Shown here: piece by piece, positions 25,051 to 36,954 of the stretch
Layout: the number at the start of each line of letters is the position of its first letter
How positions within the stretch are numbered: the first letter of the stretch is position 1
Source of the DNA: Octopus sinensis
Taxonomy: Eukaryota
Length of the DNA stretch: 64,000 nt
Direction: 5' to 3'
NCBI RefSeq assembly: GCF_006345805.1
Contig: NC_043004.1
Span: 35,898,001-35,962,000, forward strand
Position numbers and translations under genes: made by a program
Notes under the pieces: model-generated
What the model was told of the DNA's origin: nothing
The model's database searches: none
The model's input: only the letters and a program-made list of their open reading frames with translations

Positions 25051-25275
25051 CTCATCATTATCACTGTTTAGCATCAGTTTTCCATGCTGGCATGGGTTGG
25101 ATAATTTGACAGGAGTTGGCAAGTCAGAAGAAATGCACCAAACTCTACTGTTTATTTTGGCATGGTTTCTATGGCTTAACGCCCTCCCTAAAACCAACGA
25201 CTTTACAGAATGTACTGGGGTATTTTTACATGGCACCACCATCAGGTAACCAAACAAGACCCTTTAACTGAGACA
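25051..25275 (-). mobile_element. RTE 3' terminus fragment
   Basis: 'tttccatgctggcatgggttgga...ctccctaaaaccaacgactttacagaatgtactggg'. Confidence 0.7.
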
Positions 25276-25502
25276 GGGAATGATATCAAGATAGATTAAA
25301 GTTTTTTTCTTTCTGTCAGCATATTTGCTTAAAGTTTTGTCATCAGTGAGTCACTTTGCAATGCCATTTTGTAGAGACGATCTCAATAAGAAATTTAAGC
25401 ATCAAGGTAGACCATAATTTAATCTTTAGGATTGCTTTGAGAAATTTCCTTCTGTTTCACAGCTTGTGACATTATCAAATACAGTTTAATACATCAGTAA
25501 TA

Positions 25503-26190
25503 TTAGTTTCAAATTTTGTCACAAGGCCAGCAATTTCAGGGGAGGAGGGTAAGTCGATTACATTGACCCCAGTGCATAACTAGTATTTATTTCATTGACC
25601 CCCAAAGGTACAAAAGGCAAAGTTAACCTTGGCAGAATTTGAACTCAGAGTGTAAAGATGGATAAAATACTGTGAAGTATTTTGTCTGGCACAATAACGG
25701 TCCTACCAGCTCACTTCCTTGAATGCAGTAGTAATATTCTTTTCTACTCTAGGCACAAGGCCCAAAATTTTGGGGGAGGGGTCCAGATCGACCCCAGTAT
25801 GCAACCGGTACTTAATTTATCAACCCCCAAAAGGATGAAAATTAAAGTTGACCTTGGCGGAATTTGAACTCAGAACGTAAAGACAAATGAAATATGGCTA
25901 CGCATTTCGCCCGGCATGCTAACAATTCTGCCAGCTCGTTGCCTTGATGCAGTAGTAATATCAGGAAGACTATGAAGGCAGGGAGCTGGCAGAATAATTA
26001 ACATGTCAGGTGAAATGCTTAGCATCCGTTTGTCTATTTTTAGGTTCTGGCTTCAAATGCCACAAGGATAGATTTTATCTTCCGTCCATTCATGTTCAGT
26101 AAAGAGAAAGCACTAGTTGAGCACTAGCATTGATTTAATCAACTTAGCCTTTCCCCCAAAATTGCAGGCCTTGTGCCAAAATTTGAAAAT
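25503..26190. mobile_element. Cluster of three family-B SINEs (-, -, +); middle copy has a 15-bp TSD
   Basis: Copies at ~25503-25722 (-), 25738-25946 (-) and ~25975-26190 (+). TSD 'atgcagtagtaatat' at 25723-25737 and 25947-25961. Confidence 0.85.
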
Positions 26191-26633
26191 ATATCAGGAA
26201 TACCACAGTTGGGTGTGACTCACAAATAAGTTGAGGAAATTGTGTATGCTGCATTTTGGATGACAAATTTCCTTCTGTGTTCCAGGATTTCCTAAGGTGA
26301 AAATATTCTCTCAAACTGATAACACTCACTAATTTGTGTTCAATATCATCTTTGTAATATGATATAAGTTTAGTTATAATCCTCGTTAATTTCAGAATTG
26401 TTCATCAGCTATAGGAAAGTTGAATCTTTTTATACAATCTGCTCATACAGGTTAATCCTCTTAATGAAATTGGATTATCAAGAGTTGATTTAGAACTTCT
26501 ATTCTGAATTTCTCAGTTCCTCTCAAAATAGTACCACCATTTGTTCCATCCAAAATTTCTATATAACAAAGCATTTGGAAGAATCAGAAATACTTGTGCA
26601 GATGACTTCCCACAAATTTCTTATTTCTGTGTC

Positions 26634-27188
26634 ACAATCAAAATCAAATTCGATGACTGGTGTCTGTGCTAGCGGGGTACAAAGAGCACCATACGAGTGT
26701 GATCATTGACAGAGCGGCTAACTGGCTTCCGTGCCAGTAGCACTTAAAAGGCACCATTTGAGTGTGATCGTCACCAGCATCGCCTTACTGGCAATCGAGC
26801 CCTGTGCTAGTAGGTTATTAAGAGCACCATCCAAGCATGATCGCTGCCAGAGCGACTATCTGGCCTCTGTGCCGGTGGCACGTAAAAGACACCATCCGAG
26901 CATGACTATTACCAGCATCGCCTTACTGGCACCTGTGCCGGTGGCATGTGTAAAAGATTTGAGCGAGGTCATTGCCAGTACTGCCTGACTGGTCCCGTGC
27001 TGGTGGTATGTAAAAAGCACCCACTACACTCTCAGAGTGGTTGGGGTTAGGAAGGGCATCCAGCTGTAGAAACTCTGCCAGATCAAGATTGAAGCCTGGT
27101 GCAGCCATCTGGTTCGCCAGCCCTCAGTCAAATCGTCCAACCCATGCTAACATGGAAAGCGGACGTTAAACTATGATGATGATGATGA
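26634..27188 (+). mobile_element. RTE 3' UTR with ~60-nt repeat array and (GAT)n tail
   Basis: About six diverged 'ccag..ctggc..gtgccggtggcac.taaaa.gcacc' units followed by the common RTE terminus. Confidence 0.85.
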
Positions 27189-28709
27189 ATGTGACACCCT
27201 GCCACCGGAATTTTCTTGCAGTCCTTAAGAAAAAGTGAAGACGATAGTGGAAGATAACCTTCCAATGAATCAAAACCCCCATTAAATTCCCCACTAAAAC
27301 TAAATATGGTACTGTTTATGTTTTGTAAAAGTTGTTCTGTGCAAGATGCTTTAATAAAAATCTCATTTTCTTATTTGCTTTATTTCAAACATTACGTTCT
27401 TTTGTTGTTTCTCATAAAAACTCACCTATGCAATATAACAGACTCTGTAAATAACTTGTCACTATTAAAATTAAATTAGAATTTTTTAAATATCATTTTT
27501 CATATTTAATAAAATCCCACATTTTGAAACACCTGGAATTTGCATGAAATAAATAAAGAATATTGAAATAATCCATGTTTTTCAATTTTCATACCTCTTC
27601 CCTTCCATACTTTCTAATAGTTGTCACCATTAAAAATGAAATTTTTTTGGTGGAGGCTTTTTTGCTGTCTTTTGTTATTTTATAATACCAACAATCTCAA
27701 AAATGTAATTTGCATTTAAAATATAAAATTTTTCAAAAACTCCATGTTTTGCAAATCTTTAACCCCCATCCTCAACCTCTTTATCGTACTTTTCAAATAT
27801 TTTTCGCTTTTAATGTTTGTCATACACTTGAAATACTCGTGTTAAGACAAAAGTTCTTTGAAATTAAAATTTTAAATATTTTCTATAGCATCCCCACCCC
27901 ATCACCAACCACCATTGTTTTCATCTCTTTCCTCATTTTTTTTCTATTTCATTTTGGCCATTCTGTAAAGCCTTTTTCTGCATGATACAAAAATTAGATG
28001 AATTTATTGAGCTATTCATGGTCATTGAAACTGCTGAAAATAGCAGGTAAGCTAGATTTCACAGGGATATTAATTGATTTTTCACTCCAAATTAGTGATT
28101 GTGTGTTGATAGCCAACTTGAACAATTTATGGCAGCTTGGCTTTTTATTACCAAAATGTTTTGATTCATGAACAAGAAGACAAAAAATATATATACATTT
28201 TTATATATAGGCATGTGGGAGTCATCTGAGAAACCATAAGTCAGGGAAAAGATGCACTCATATATCTGTCAGCAGAGAGGGTTTATTATTTGAAATGTAT
28301 AGTATTAAGCATCTATTACCATTGATCTTATCAATTGGTTTTGCGTAAAGAATACAATGGAGTGTTAGGTAACAATCCGATTATATAACCTTACGCTCAC
28401 CAGAGTTAGCCAATATGGAAAGGAATGTGGCAACATATTCCCTTCTGATTGGTAAGATCAGCCATGATGAATATTTAATACTATACATTTCAAATGATAT
28501 ATTTATATAAAGATATGCAAAGGTAAGATCCAAGGATTAAGGTGTAGGAAGTCAGTGAGCTTCAAGCGATTTGTAGAAGATATAAAAAAACAACTTTCAG
28601 GAAAAAAACTGGTTTATTGTTGCAAAAGGTTGTGAATTTTTCCTAAAAGTTAATTTTATAGTACATGGTTAGCAACAGAGGTTGTTGCTTATACAAATAA
28701 ACATCCCAT

Positions 28710-29036
28710 ATTTAGGGAATGAAGCAGATAAAGTTCAGGCTACATATGTTTCTTAGCTAGCAGAACCACAGAAGTAGTAAATCATCCAAAAGACATGAAG
28801 CGGGGAGGGGGGGATTTGACTGTAAGTGTTACTCTTCATTCCAAGGGTACCTTGATTGTATGAAGTTTACACAGAATCTCCTAACGACAATGTAAACTTC
28901 ATATAATCAAGGTGTCCTTGGCCTGAAAAGCAGCTTGTGGTCTACCCCACTCATTTGGATAATTTGCTACTTCCGAGGTTCTGCTAGCTATGAAACATTT
29001 GTAGCCTGGACTTCATCTACTCCATTCCTGAAATTT
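28710..29036. repeat. Fold-back (imperfect inverted repeat), MITE-like or hairpin-RNA locus
   Basis: Outer arms ~28710-28790 and ~28954-29036 match with scattered mismatches. Inner 31-bp stem 28841-28871/28891-28921 with a 19-nt loop. Confidence 0.8.
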
Positions 29037-29043
29037 TGGTTCT

Positions 29044-29078
<35 letters not shown>

Positions 29079-29172
29079 TATATCTGACTGTTGTAACCCC
29101 TTTATAGTCAGCTACTACAAAGGGCAAGATGGCTTAGATAGAAGTAATTATAGAGGAATCGATATGCTGGAC

Positions 29173-29578
29173 TACTCTTTTACTTGTTTCAGTCATTTGA
29201 CTGCGGCCATGCTGGAGTACCGCCTTTAGTCGAGCAAATCAACCCCAGGACTTATTCTTTGTAAGCCTAGTACTTATTCTATCAGTCTCTTTTGCCGAAC
29301 TGCTAAGCTATGGGGACGTAAAGGCACCATCATCAGTTGTCAAGTGATGTTGGGGGAACAAACACAGACACACAAACATATACACACACAGATACATATA
29401 TATATACATATATGCAACGAGATTCTTTCAGTTTCCGTCTACCAAATCCACTCCCAAGGCTTTGGTCAGCCCGAGGCTATAGTAGAAGACACTTACTCAA
29501 GTTGCCACGCAGTGGGACTGAACCCGGAACCATGTGGTTGGGAAGCAAGCTACTTACCACACAGCCACTCCTGCACCT
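29173..29578 (-). mobile_element. Family-A SINE, full length
   Basis: Reverse-complement homolog of the 9163-9577 element. Confidence 0.9.
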
Positions 29579-30659
29579 ATATGCATGAAAGTTATGGAGG
29601 GGGTTATGTTATAATTAGAAACAGAATAAAAGAGGATGAAATACAGTTTAATTTTGTGTCAGGTAGAAGTACTAATGATTCTTTATGCTTTGTCAAACAA
29701 CTGCAGAGATTTTGAGCTTAGAGAAAACCATTATATTTGGCATTTGTTGACCTGCAGAAAATCTTCAACAAAGTCCTTAGCTGTGTGATATGGTGGTCTC
29801 CGAGGAAACTAGGGATAGATGAACGGCTTGTGAAATCTGTGCAAGTCATGTGACACTGTCAGTAAGGTGAGAGCTGTGAGTACAGTGAGGTATTTAGTGT
29901 ACAGGTCGGTGTTCACCAGGGCTCAGTTCTCAGTCCCCTCCAATTCATTATTGTACTCTAGATCATAACAAAGGAATTTGAGAACGACTGCCCCTGGGAA
30001 CTACTGTATGCTGATGATCTCATTCTCATAGGGAAATCTGTGAGACAACAATTTCAGGTGTGGAAACAAAATGTTGAATCTAAGGGTTTTAAGGTTAACT
30101 TAGCAAAGAACATGATTCTAGTAAACAAGAAATCAGCCAGACACTATTCCTTTCTGATAATTATCCTGCTCAAAATATATAGAAAAGGTGTAGGCAAAAA
30201 TTCCATAGAGTGTATATAGTGCATGTCATGGACATATGAGACAAGCAATGGAATTGCAGGAAGGTTAGTGGAGACAGTAGTTTTTATGAGTAGAAGATGA
30301 GTAAGTGCCATAAAGTCCAAGGCCACATGGGAAATGGATTTTTCAAATGCTCTGGAGACTCCCAAGAGACAGCAGATAGTTTCTGTTGCCTAGCTGAACT
30401 CATTAATGGTGGAGGAAGATGTTCTGAAAGTAATCACCATAATAAGAAGGGGATGGAGAAAGTAGAGAGAGATATTACCTCTGTTGGTAACAAATACAAA
30501 TTGCCTCTCTACCCAAGTGAAAGGCAGATTGTATGTTTGTGTCCGAACACAATGATGCAACATGATAGTGAGGCGTGGGATATGAATGCAGAAGACATGC
30601 AAAGACTAGGGAAGAATGAGGCTGGGAAGAATGAAGCTAGTATGCTTCACTGGATGTGC

Positions 30660-31047
30660 TGCTGTGTGGTAAGTAGCTTGCTTACCAACCACATGGTCCC
30701 AGGTTCAGTCCCACTGCGTGGCACCTTGGGCAAGTGTCTTCTACTATAGCCTCGGGCTGACCAAAGCCTTGTGAGTGGATTTGGTAGACGGAAACTGTAA
30801 GAAGCTCGTCGCATATATGTATGTGTGTGTATATGTTTGGGTGTCTGTGTTTGTCTCCCCAATATCGCTTGACAACCGATGCTGGTGTGTTTACGTTCCC
30901 ATAACTTAGCGGTTCAGCAAAAGAGACCGATAGAATAAGTACTAGGCTTACAAAGAATAAGTACTGGGGTCGATTTGCTTGACTAAAGGCGGTGCTCCAG
31001 CATGGCCACAGTCGAATAACTGAAACAAATAAAAGAGTAAAAGAGTA
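30660..31047 (+). mobile_element. Family-A SINE, near full length
   Basis: 'gctgtgtggtaagtagcttgcttaccaaccacatgg...aaaagagtaaaagagt'. Confidence 0.9.
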
Positions 31048-31669
31048 AATGTTTTGAAAGAAAAGTTAGGCATAAAAGGAATCAGATGTAGTCTAACAAA
31101 AGAGACTAGAGTGGTTTGGTCATGTGATGCGTATGGATAAGGATAGTTGCATAAAGAAGTACCGATCACTTAAAGTGGATGAAACTCATGGAAGAGGGAA
31201 ATCCAGTGAGACGTGGGAGGAAATAATGAAGGCTGATCTTAAGATGCTGAGCCTAACAGAGATGACAAAGAACCGAGATAGTTGGCACTTTGCTGTGCTT
31301 GAGAAGACCAAGTTCCATTAACAGAATGTTAACTCCCCACTACAGATGTTTTATCAATATCATCATCATCATCATCATCATTATTTTCATTATCCCCTTC
31401 ATCATCATCATTATCATCATCATCTGTTTTATGATAATCCTCATTATAATGCTATTCAACACGATGACCGTATCATCCCCAAAAATGGTGACATCACAGA
31501 AACTGTAAATGGCCTGACTAAATATTTCAAGATATCATTTCTGTCCCGTTCTTCTTAACCAATGTCCACCAGTCGTGCTGCTATCTGTTTCACAACAGAA
31601 GGATATCACCTCCCATTACAATGTTTGGTCTTTGGCCAAGGCATAAAACTGCCATCACCACAATTGTTG

Positions 31670-31700
<31 letters not shown>

Positions 31701-32296
31701 CATCTTTATCACCAACAACAGCAGCAGCATTATTATCATCATCATAAAAAGATGAAATGGTCATGGAGGGAATGCTTTAAGTCATAGAGCTATTAAATTA
31801 AGGCTTGTGTCAGGCTATACAACAACAACAACAACAAGCACAAGAAGATCAAGAACCATAACAACAATTACAATAACATGAGCCATCATACCAACAATAA
31901 TAATAATAACAATAAGTACAACTAAAGCTCAACAATAAGATCTTTTCTGTGCAACCAACTGCCCAATAACATTTCCTTTCCAATAATGTTTCTGGGTTTT
32001 TTTTTTCTTCTTGTGGTTAGTTTCTGAAGAATAAGCAAATTTTTGTAGAAGATTATTTAGTGAAAGAAGACAAAAGCTACTGGTAATCAAACGACAAACT
32101 TGTTGGCTGGTGGCCATTTCCACAGACCATAATGTTAACCCCAAACTCAATATATCTCTTTATAGATCCCAATATTGAATCTCTTCACATCCAAAACCAC
32201 CCACATTACAAGATACGCTTGAAGCAAATAACATAAATATCGGCACATTGATGCAAACATAACTACTTTGTCGATAACACAATAGAAAATCTATCA

Positions 32297-32309
32297 AACA
32301 CACACACAT

Positions 32310-32351
<42 letters not shown>

Positions 32352-32571
32352 TTATAAATACACATACATATACACATATTTATAAATGTATATAATGTGT
32401 GTATATGTGTGTTAATATATGCATGCGTATCTTTTGGATTTATGTTTTTTACAAACGATACACATACATATATATGTATGTGTGTGTGTGTGTGTATATA
32501 TATATAAATATATATACAATATATATATGTGTGTATATATATATAAATATATATACAATATATATTGTGTG

Positions 32572-32603
<32 letters not shown>

Positions 32604-32643
32604 TATATATATTGTATATATATATAAATATATATACAATATA

Positions 32644-32701
<58 letters not shown>

Positions 32702-32747
32702 TATATATATTGTATATATATATATATATACACACACACATATATTG

Positions 32748-32779
<32 letters not shown>

Positions 32780-32920
32780 TATATTGTATATATATATATA
32801 TATATATACATACATATATTATATATATGTGTGTGTGTGTGTGTATATATATATATTTATACATCATCATTATCATCGTCATTTAATGTCTGCTTTCCAT
32901 GCTGGCATGTACATGTATAC

Positions 32921-32963
<43 letters not shown>

Positions 32964-32965
32964 TA
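32297..32965. repeat. Compound (CA)/(TA)/(TG) microsatellite with higher-order, partly inverted units
   Basis: Recurring 'aaatatatatacaatatatatatgtgtg' and its reverse complement 'cacacatatatatattgtatatata'. Confidence 0.9.
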
Positions 32966-33742
32966 GAAACAAGGCACTTATATATGACTCCACACGCATA
33001 TTCCATTGCAAATTCTGTTGTTTACAAATAAAACCTTGACTCCTCCATCTCCATTTACCAAGATTAGTTCTGGTATCGGTTTTGTTACAATAAAACACTA
33101 TTTTTTTATGATTATGTAGTGTAAGTTATTGACGGCACAGCATTCATAATCTTTGATTGACTATTGGTAGCTGTAAGACACAATATATGGAACACTTTAA
33201 TCTGCTACTGTTTTTTCTTTTCCTTCTTTGAAATTTCAAGATTTCATGTATCGTTCCCATATAATTCTCAAAACCTGAAAAGATTTCTATTCAGAGACTT
33301 GACATTCATATAGAGAACAAACCTTGGAAAGAATAAGCTGAAGTGTTCTTTGTTGTTGTTGTTGCTGTTGCTGTTGTTGCCGTTGTTTGTATTACAAAGC
33401 GAAGTGTGCAAATTGACGTAAACTATGAAGTGTTGGACTAAATATTTTATGCTATTTAGATTTAAGTTCACAGCAGGACTGATTTAATTTTTCTTTGCTT
33501 TGGAACTAATAAAATAAGTCCTGCAAAATAATACAACAATATATTCAGTCGATAACTCACTAATCTCTAGAAAAATTGCACAAAGCAAGCTAGAAGATAT
33601 AATTCTTCTCGTTGAGCTTACGAGTAGGAAGTAAGATTATTCAGCTCAGTGATAAATAAATTGAATGACGTCCACAGAAAATTCTAAACAAAGTGAAACT
33701 TACCGTTTAGGTGGAGAAAGAAAATAAAAATATAGAAAATAT

Positions 33743-34155
33743 AGACACAGGTGTGGCTGTGAGGTAAGAAGTATGCTCCCCAACCAAATAGTTTGAGGTT
33801 CAGCCCCACTGTATGGAATTAGGTGCAAGAGTCTTCTGCCATAGTCTTGGTCCAACCAAAACCTTCTGAGTGGATTTGGTAGACAGAAAGCGTAAAGAAA
33901 CTCATCGTGTGTGTGTGTGTATGTGTGTTTGTGTGTGCGTGTGTGTTTGTGTGTGTGTGTGTGTTTGTGTTTGACCCACCTCCACCACTTAACAATCGAG
34001 TTGGTTTGTTTACATCCCTATAACTTAGTAGTTCAGCAAAAGAGGCTGATAGATTAAGTACCAGGCTTAAAAATAAAAGTATTGAGATCAATTCTTTTGA
34101 CTAAAAATCTTCAAAGTGGTGCCCCAGCATGGCCACACTCTAATTATTGAAACAA
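33743..34155 (+). mobile_element. Family-A SINE, diverged
   Basis: 'caggtgtggctgtgaggtaagaag...gagtggatttggtagacagaaa...ccagcatggccaca...gaaacaagtgaaaga'. Confidence 0.8.
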
Positions 34156-34347
34156 GTGAAAGATGAAAGACAAAAAACACGAAGGATATAGTAGCAAGTA
34201 ATTCATAAAGAGGAGAAAATTCCTTTAAATTAAGAAATAATTAGTCAAAAAATTAGACCTTCCGGTTTTGGAAGGAAAGTCTGTGTTGGATGGCAAGATG
34301 AAAGTTGCATACTTGCTTAAACCTTATTATATAAACCATTGGTAAAC

Positions 34348-34580
34348 CATAATTTCCTCAACCCAGCTTTTATCTGTGGACTCTGATCTTTAGAAATGAG
34401 CTACCAAGTATTTTTGGCTAATACACTTTTCGTTATTACAAAATTCTTCATAAATTTTTTCTACTGGCAAAAATCTCAGTCCATCAATGAAGCAGGCTTG
34501 TGAAGACAATGCTTTGGCTTGGGTCTAATAAAAGCTATATATATATATATATATATGCTTTGGCTTGGGTCTAATAAAAG

Positions 34581-34620
<40 letters not shown>

Positions 34621-34807
34621 CTTTTATTAGACCCAAGCCAAAGCATTGTCTTCACAAGCCTGCTTCATTGATGGACTGAGATTTTTGCCAGTAGAAAAAA
34701 TTTATGAAGAATTTTGTAATAACGAAAAGTGTATTAGCCAAAAATACTTGGTAGCTCATTTCTAAAGATCAGAGTCCACAGATAAAAGCTGGGTTGAGGA
34801 AATTATG
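34348..34807. repeat. Perfect 188-bp palindrome centred on (AT)n
   Basis: 34348-34535 is the reverse complement of 34620-34807 with no mismatch seen. The spacer is (AT)n plus a direct re-copy of the last ~25 bp of the left arm (34557-34581). Confidence 0.92.
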
Positions 34808-35018
34808 TGATCGCATGTGTATCATTGGTGATTTTTTTTCCTCCATCTTCCCTTCCTTGGACCTTTCCTTTTCCTATGTTTCTGACGAAGAGCTCCGCTT
34901 GAAACGTTAAATCCTCCTTCTTACTTTCCTTTCTTGAGCATCCAATAACACTATACTTTTTCCACGTCCTCGCGTTGTTGTGCTTTCTCTTTGTGTTTTC
35001 ATGTTTGGATTAACTATA
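34808..35018 (+). mobile_element. PLE-type terminal repeat fragment with hammerhead motif
   Basis: Pyrimidine-rich segment containing a CTGACGA...GAAACGTTA motif, ending 'ggattaactata'. Confidence 0.6.
34877..34913 (+). ncRNA. Minimal hammerhead motif (weak stem I)
   Basis: tgttt-CTGACGA-a-gagc-tcc-gctt-GAAAC-GTTA-aatc. Stem III is palindromic (aacgtt), typical of dimeric PLE hammerheads. Confidence 0.6.
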
Positions 35019-35525
35019 AATAAAATGAGACAACAAAGCCGAGGCTGTGTGGAATTTTCAGGACATTTATAAAGAGAGAGTTAATCTTGCAGCCGTTTCA
35101 GGGATATTAGGGATATCCCTTCATCAGAGACGATATGAGAGAGTAAAATAGAAGAGTTCAATATAAGTAGTTATTTTGGAAAATGATGGAAATAAGAAGT
35201 TTAAAGGGAAATAAGAGAATATAAACAAAAGTAAAAATATATGTAGGATGTTACAGTTGTAGTTCCATTATCCAAGGAAAGTGCTGTGTAGAAAGGGTGG
35301 AAATATTTCTTGTCAATGGTATATAGATTCCGATTGGAATCTTTTTTATTAGATTCAGTTCCAAGAGAAATTTTGAATGGTCAGACTTTTTTGATCATAT
35401 TGGTAATATTTGTATGAATTGCATTCTAATTAATTGGTTGTTGTTTTTTTATATTTTTCTGTATCATATACGGTGATTCAATTTGACTTCTAAGTGTTTT
35501 GCAACTGCCAAATGTGCCTGCTACA
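35019..35525 (-). mobile_element. PLE 3' end (possible GIY-YIG tail remnant + terminal repeat)
   Basis: Minus strand 'CSRHIWQLQ' resembles 'LSNHIWSL' of the 22016 ORF; hammerhead motif downstream at 35084-35131. Confidence 0.5.
35084..35131 (-). ncRNA. Minimal hammerhead motif, probably inactivated (GUA>GCA)
   Basis: Sense: gtct-CTGATGA-agggata-tccctaa-tatccct-GAAAC-ggct-GCA-agat. 7-bp stem II; stem I gtct/agat. Confidence 0.65.
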
Positions 35526-35720
35526 CATACATACATACATACATACATACATACATACATACATACATACATACATACATACATACATACATACATGCCT
35601 GCATGCATGCATGCTACATACAAACATACATACATGTTTGCCTGCATGCATGCATTCATACATACATAAATGAATGCATTCATATATACATACATACACA
35701 CATAATACATGCATACCTTG

Positions 35721-35754
<34 letters not shown>

Positions 35755-36499
35755 GTGTATATATATATAAATAGATGTGTGCATTTTTCCATTGTTATAT
35801 ATATATGCACAGGCATAACTATGTGGTTAGAAATTTGCTTCCTAATCCCATGGCTCAAGGTTCTGTGCCACTGCATGGCACCTTGGGCAAGTGTCCTCAG
35901 GAAATTGCCTCCAGGGTTTTTGTTCTTTCATGAACTAAAAAAAATCACTTCATTTAGATTTGTTTAGTTTTTTTTTGTTTTGTCTGCACACATTGCCATT
36001 TCCCTACAAAAACTGGATGACTGTCTAAGTAAGAAACAAGATAAATGATTAGGAGCACACCAATCAAACTAATGAAACTGTGATAGATTTTATAAATTCT
36101 CATATTTGTCACTCGAGATGATGAAAGACTATTATGGAGAATGTTGCAGCTGATGCGATGATGAATACGATACGTCCGTGTCAAAGACAAGCGACTCTCA
36201 ATCATTCAGTTTAATTAGCTGTGAATAAGCAACATTGATAGATTCAGTTCACTGATTCAAACAACATCTTCAGTGAACATGTGATGGATGGTTTGTTAGC
36301 TTACACTGATGAGCTTAATCCCTCTTCTAAGGCTGAGCGCAACAACATTAGATCGCTTCACTTGTACCCATCACCATACACACAATGTTCTGGCAACAAA
36401 TACAATTATTATCATTATTATCTTTAACATTATTATTATCATTATTATTGTTATTATCATTATTATTATTATTATCATTATTGTTATTATTTTTATTAT

Positions 36500-36935
36500 T
36501 AAGGCAGTGAGCTGGCTGAATAGTTACCACACTGGGCAGAATGCTTAACAGTATTTTGTCTGTTTTTTTATGTTCTGAGTTCAAATTCAGCTAAGGTCAA
36601 CTTAAAGTACCAGTTACGCACTGGGGTCAATGTAATCAACTTAATCCTTTCCCCAAAATTTGAGGCCTTGTGATTCCAGTAGAAAGGATTAATATTATTA
36701 TTATGATTATTATTATCATTATTAAGGTAGCCAGCTGGCAGAATTGTTGGTGAGCTGGACAAAATGCTTAGTGGAATTTCAGCTGTTGCTATGTTCTGAG
36801 TTCAAATTCCACTGAGGTTGACTTAACATTTCATCCTTTCAGATTCGATAAAATAAGTACCAGTTGAACACTGGGGTTAATGTTATCAGCTCATCTTCTC
36901 CCCCAAAATGGCTACCCTTGTGACAAAATTTGAAG
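36500..36935 (+). mobile_element. Two tandem family-B SINEs in (TTA)n
   Basis: Heads at ~36500 ('aaggcagtgagctggc') and ~36723 ('aaggtagccagctggcagaa'). Confidence 0.8.
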
Positions 36936-36954
36936 CCATTATCAGTATTATTAG

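Larger units (their letters stand above)
29095..31320 (+). mobile_element. Degenerate RTE LINE (RT domain to C-terminus) interrupted by two family-A SINEs
   Basis: 'YYKGQDGLDRSNYRGIDMLD', 'EIQFNFVSGRSTND', 'LYLAFVDLQKIFNKV', 'VGVHQGSVLSPL', 'PWELLYADDL', 'EASMLHWMC', 'HVMRMDKDSCIKKYRSLKVDETHGRGKSSETWEE'. Confidence 0.9.
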
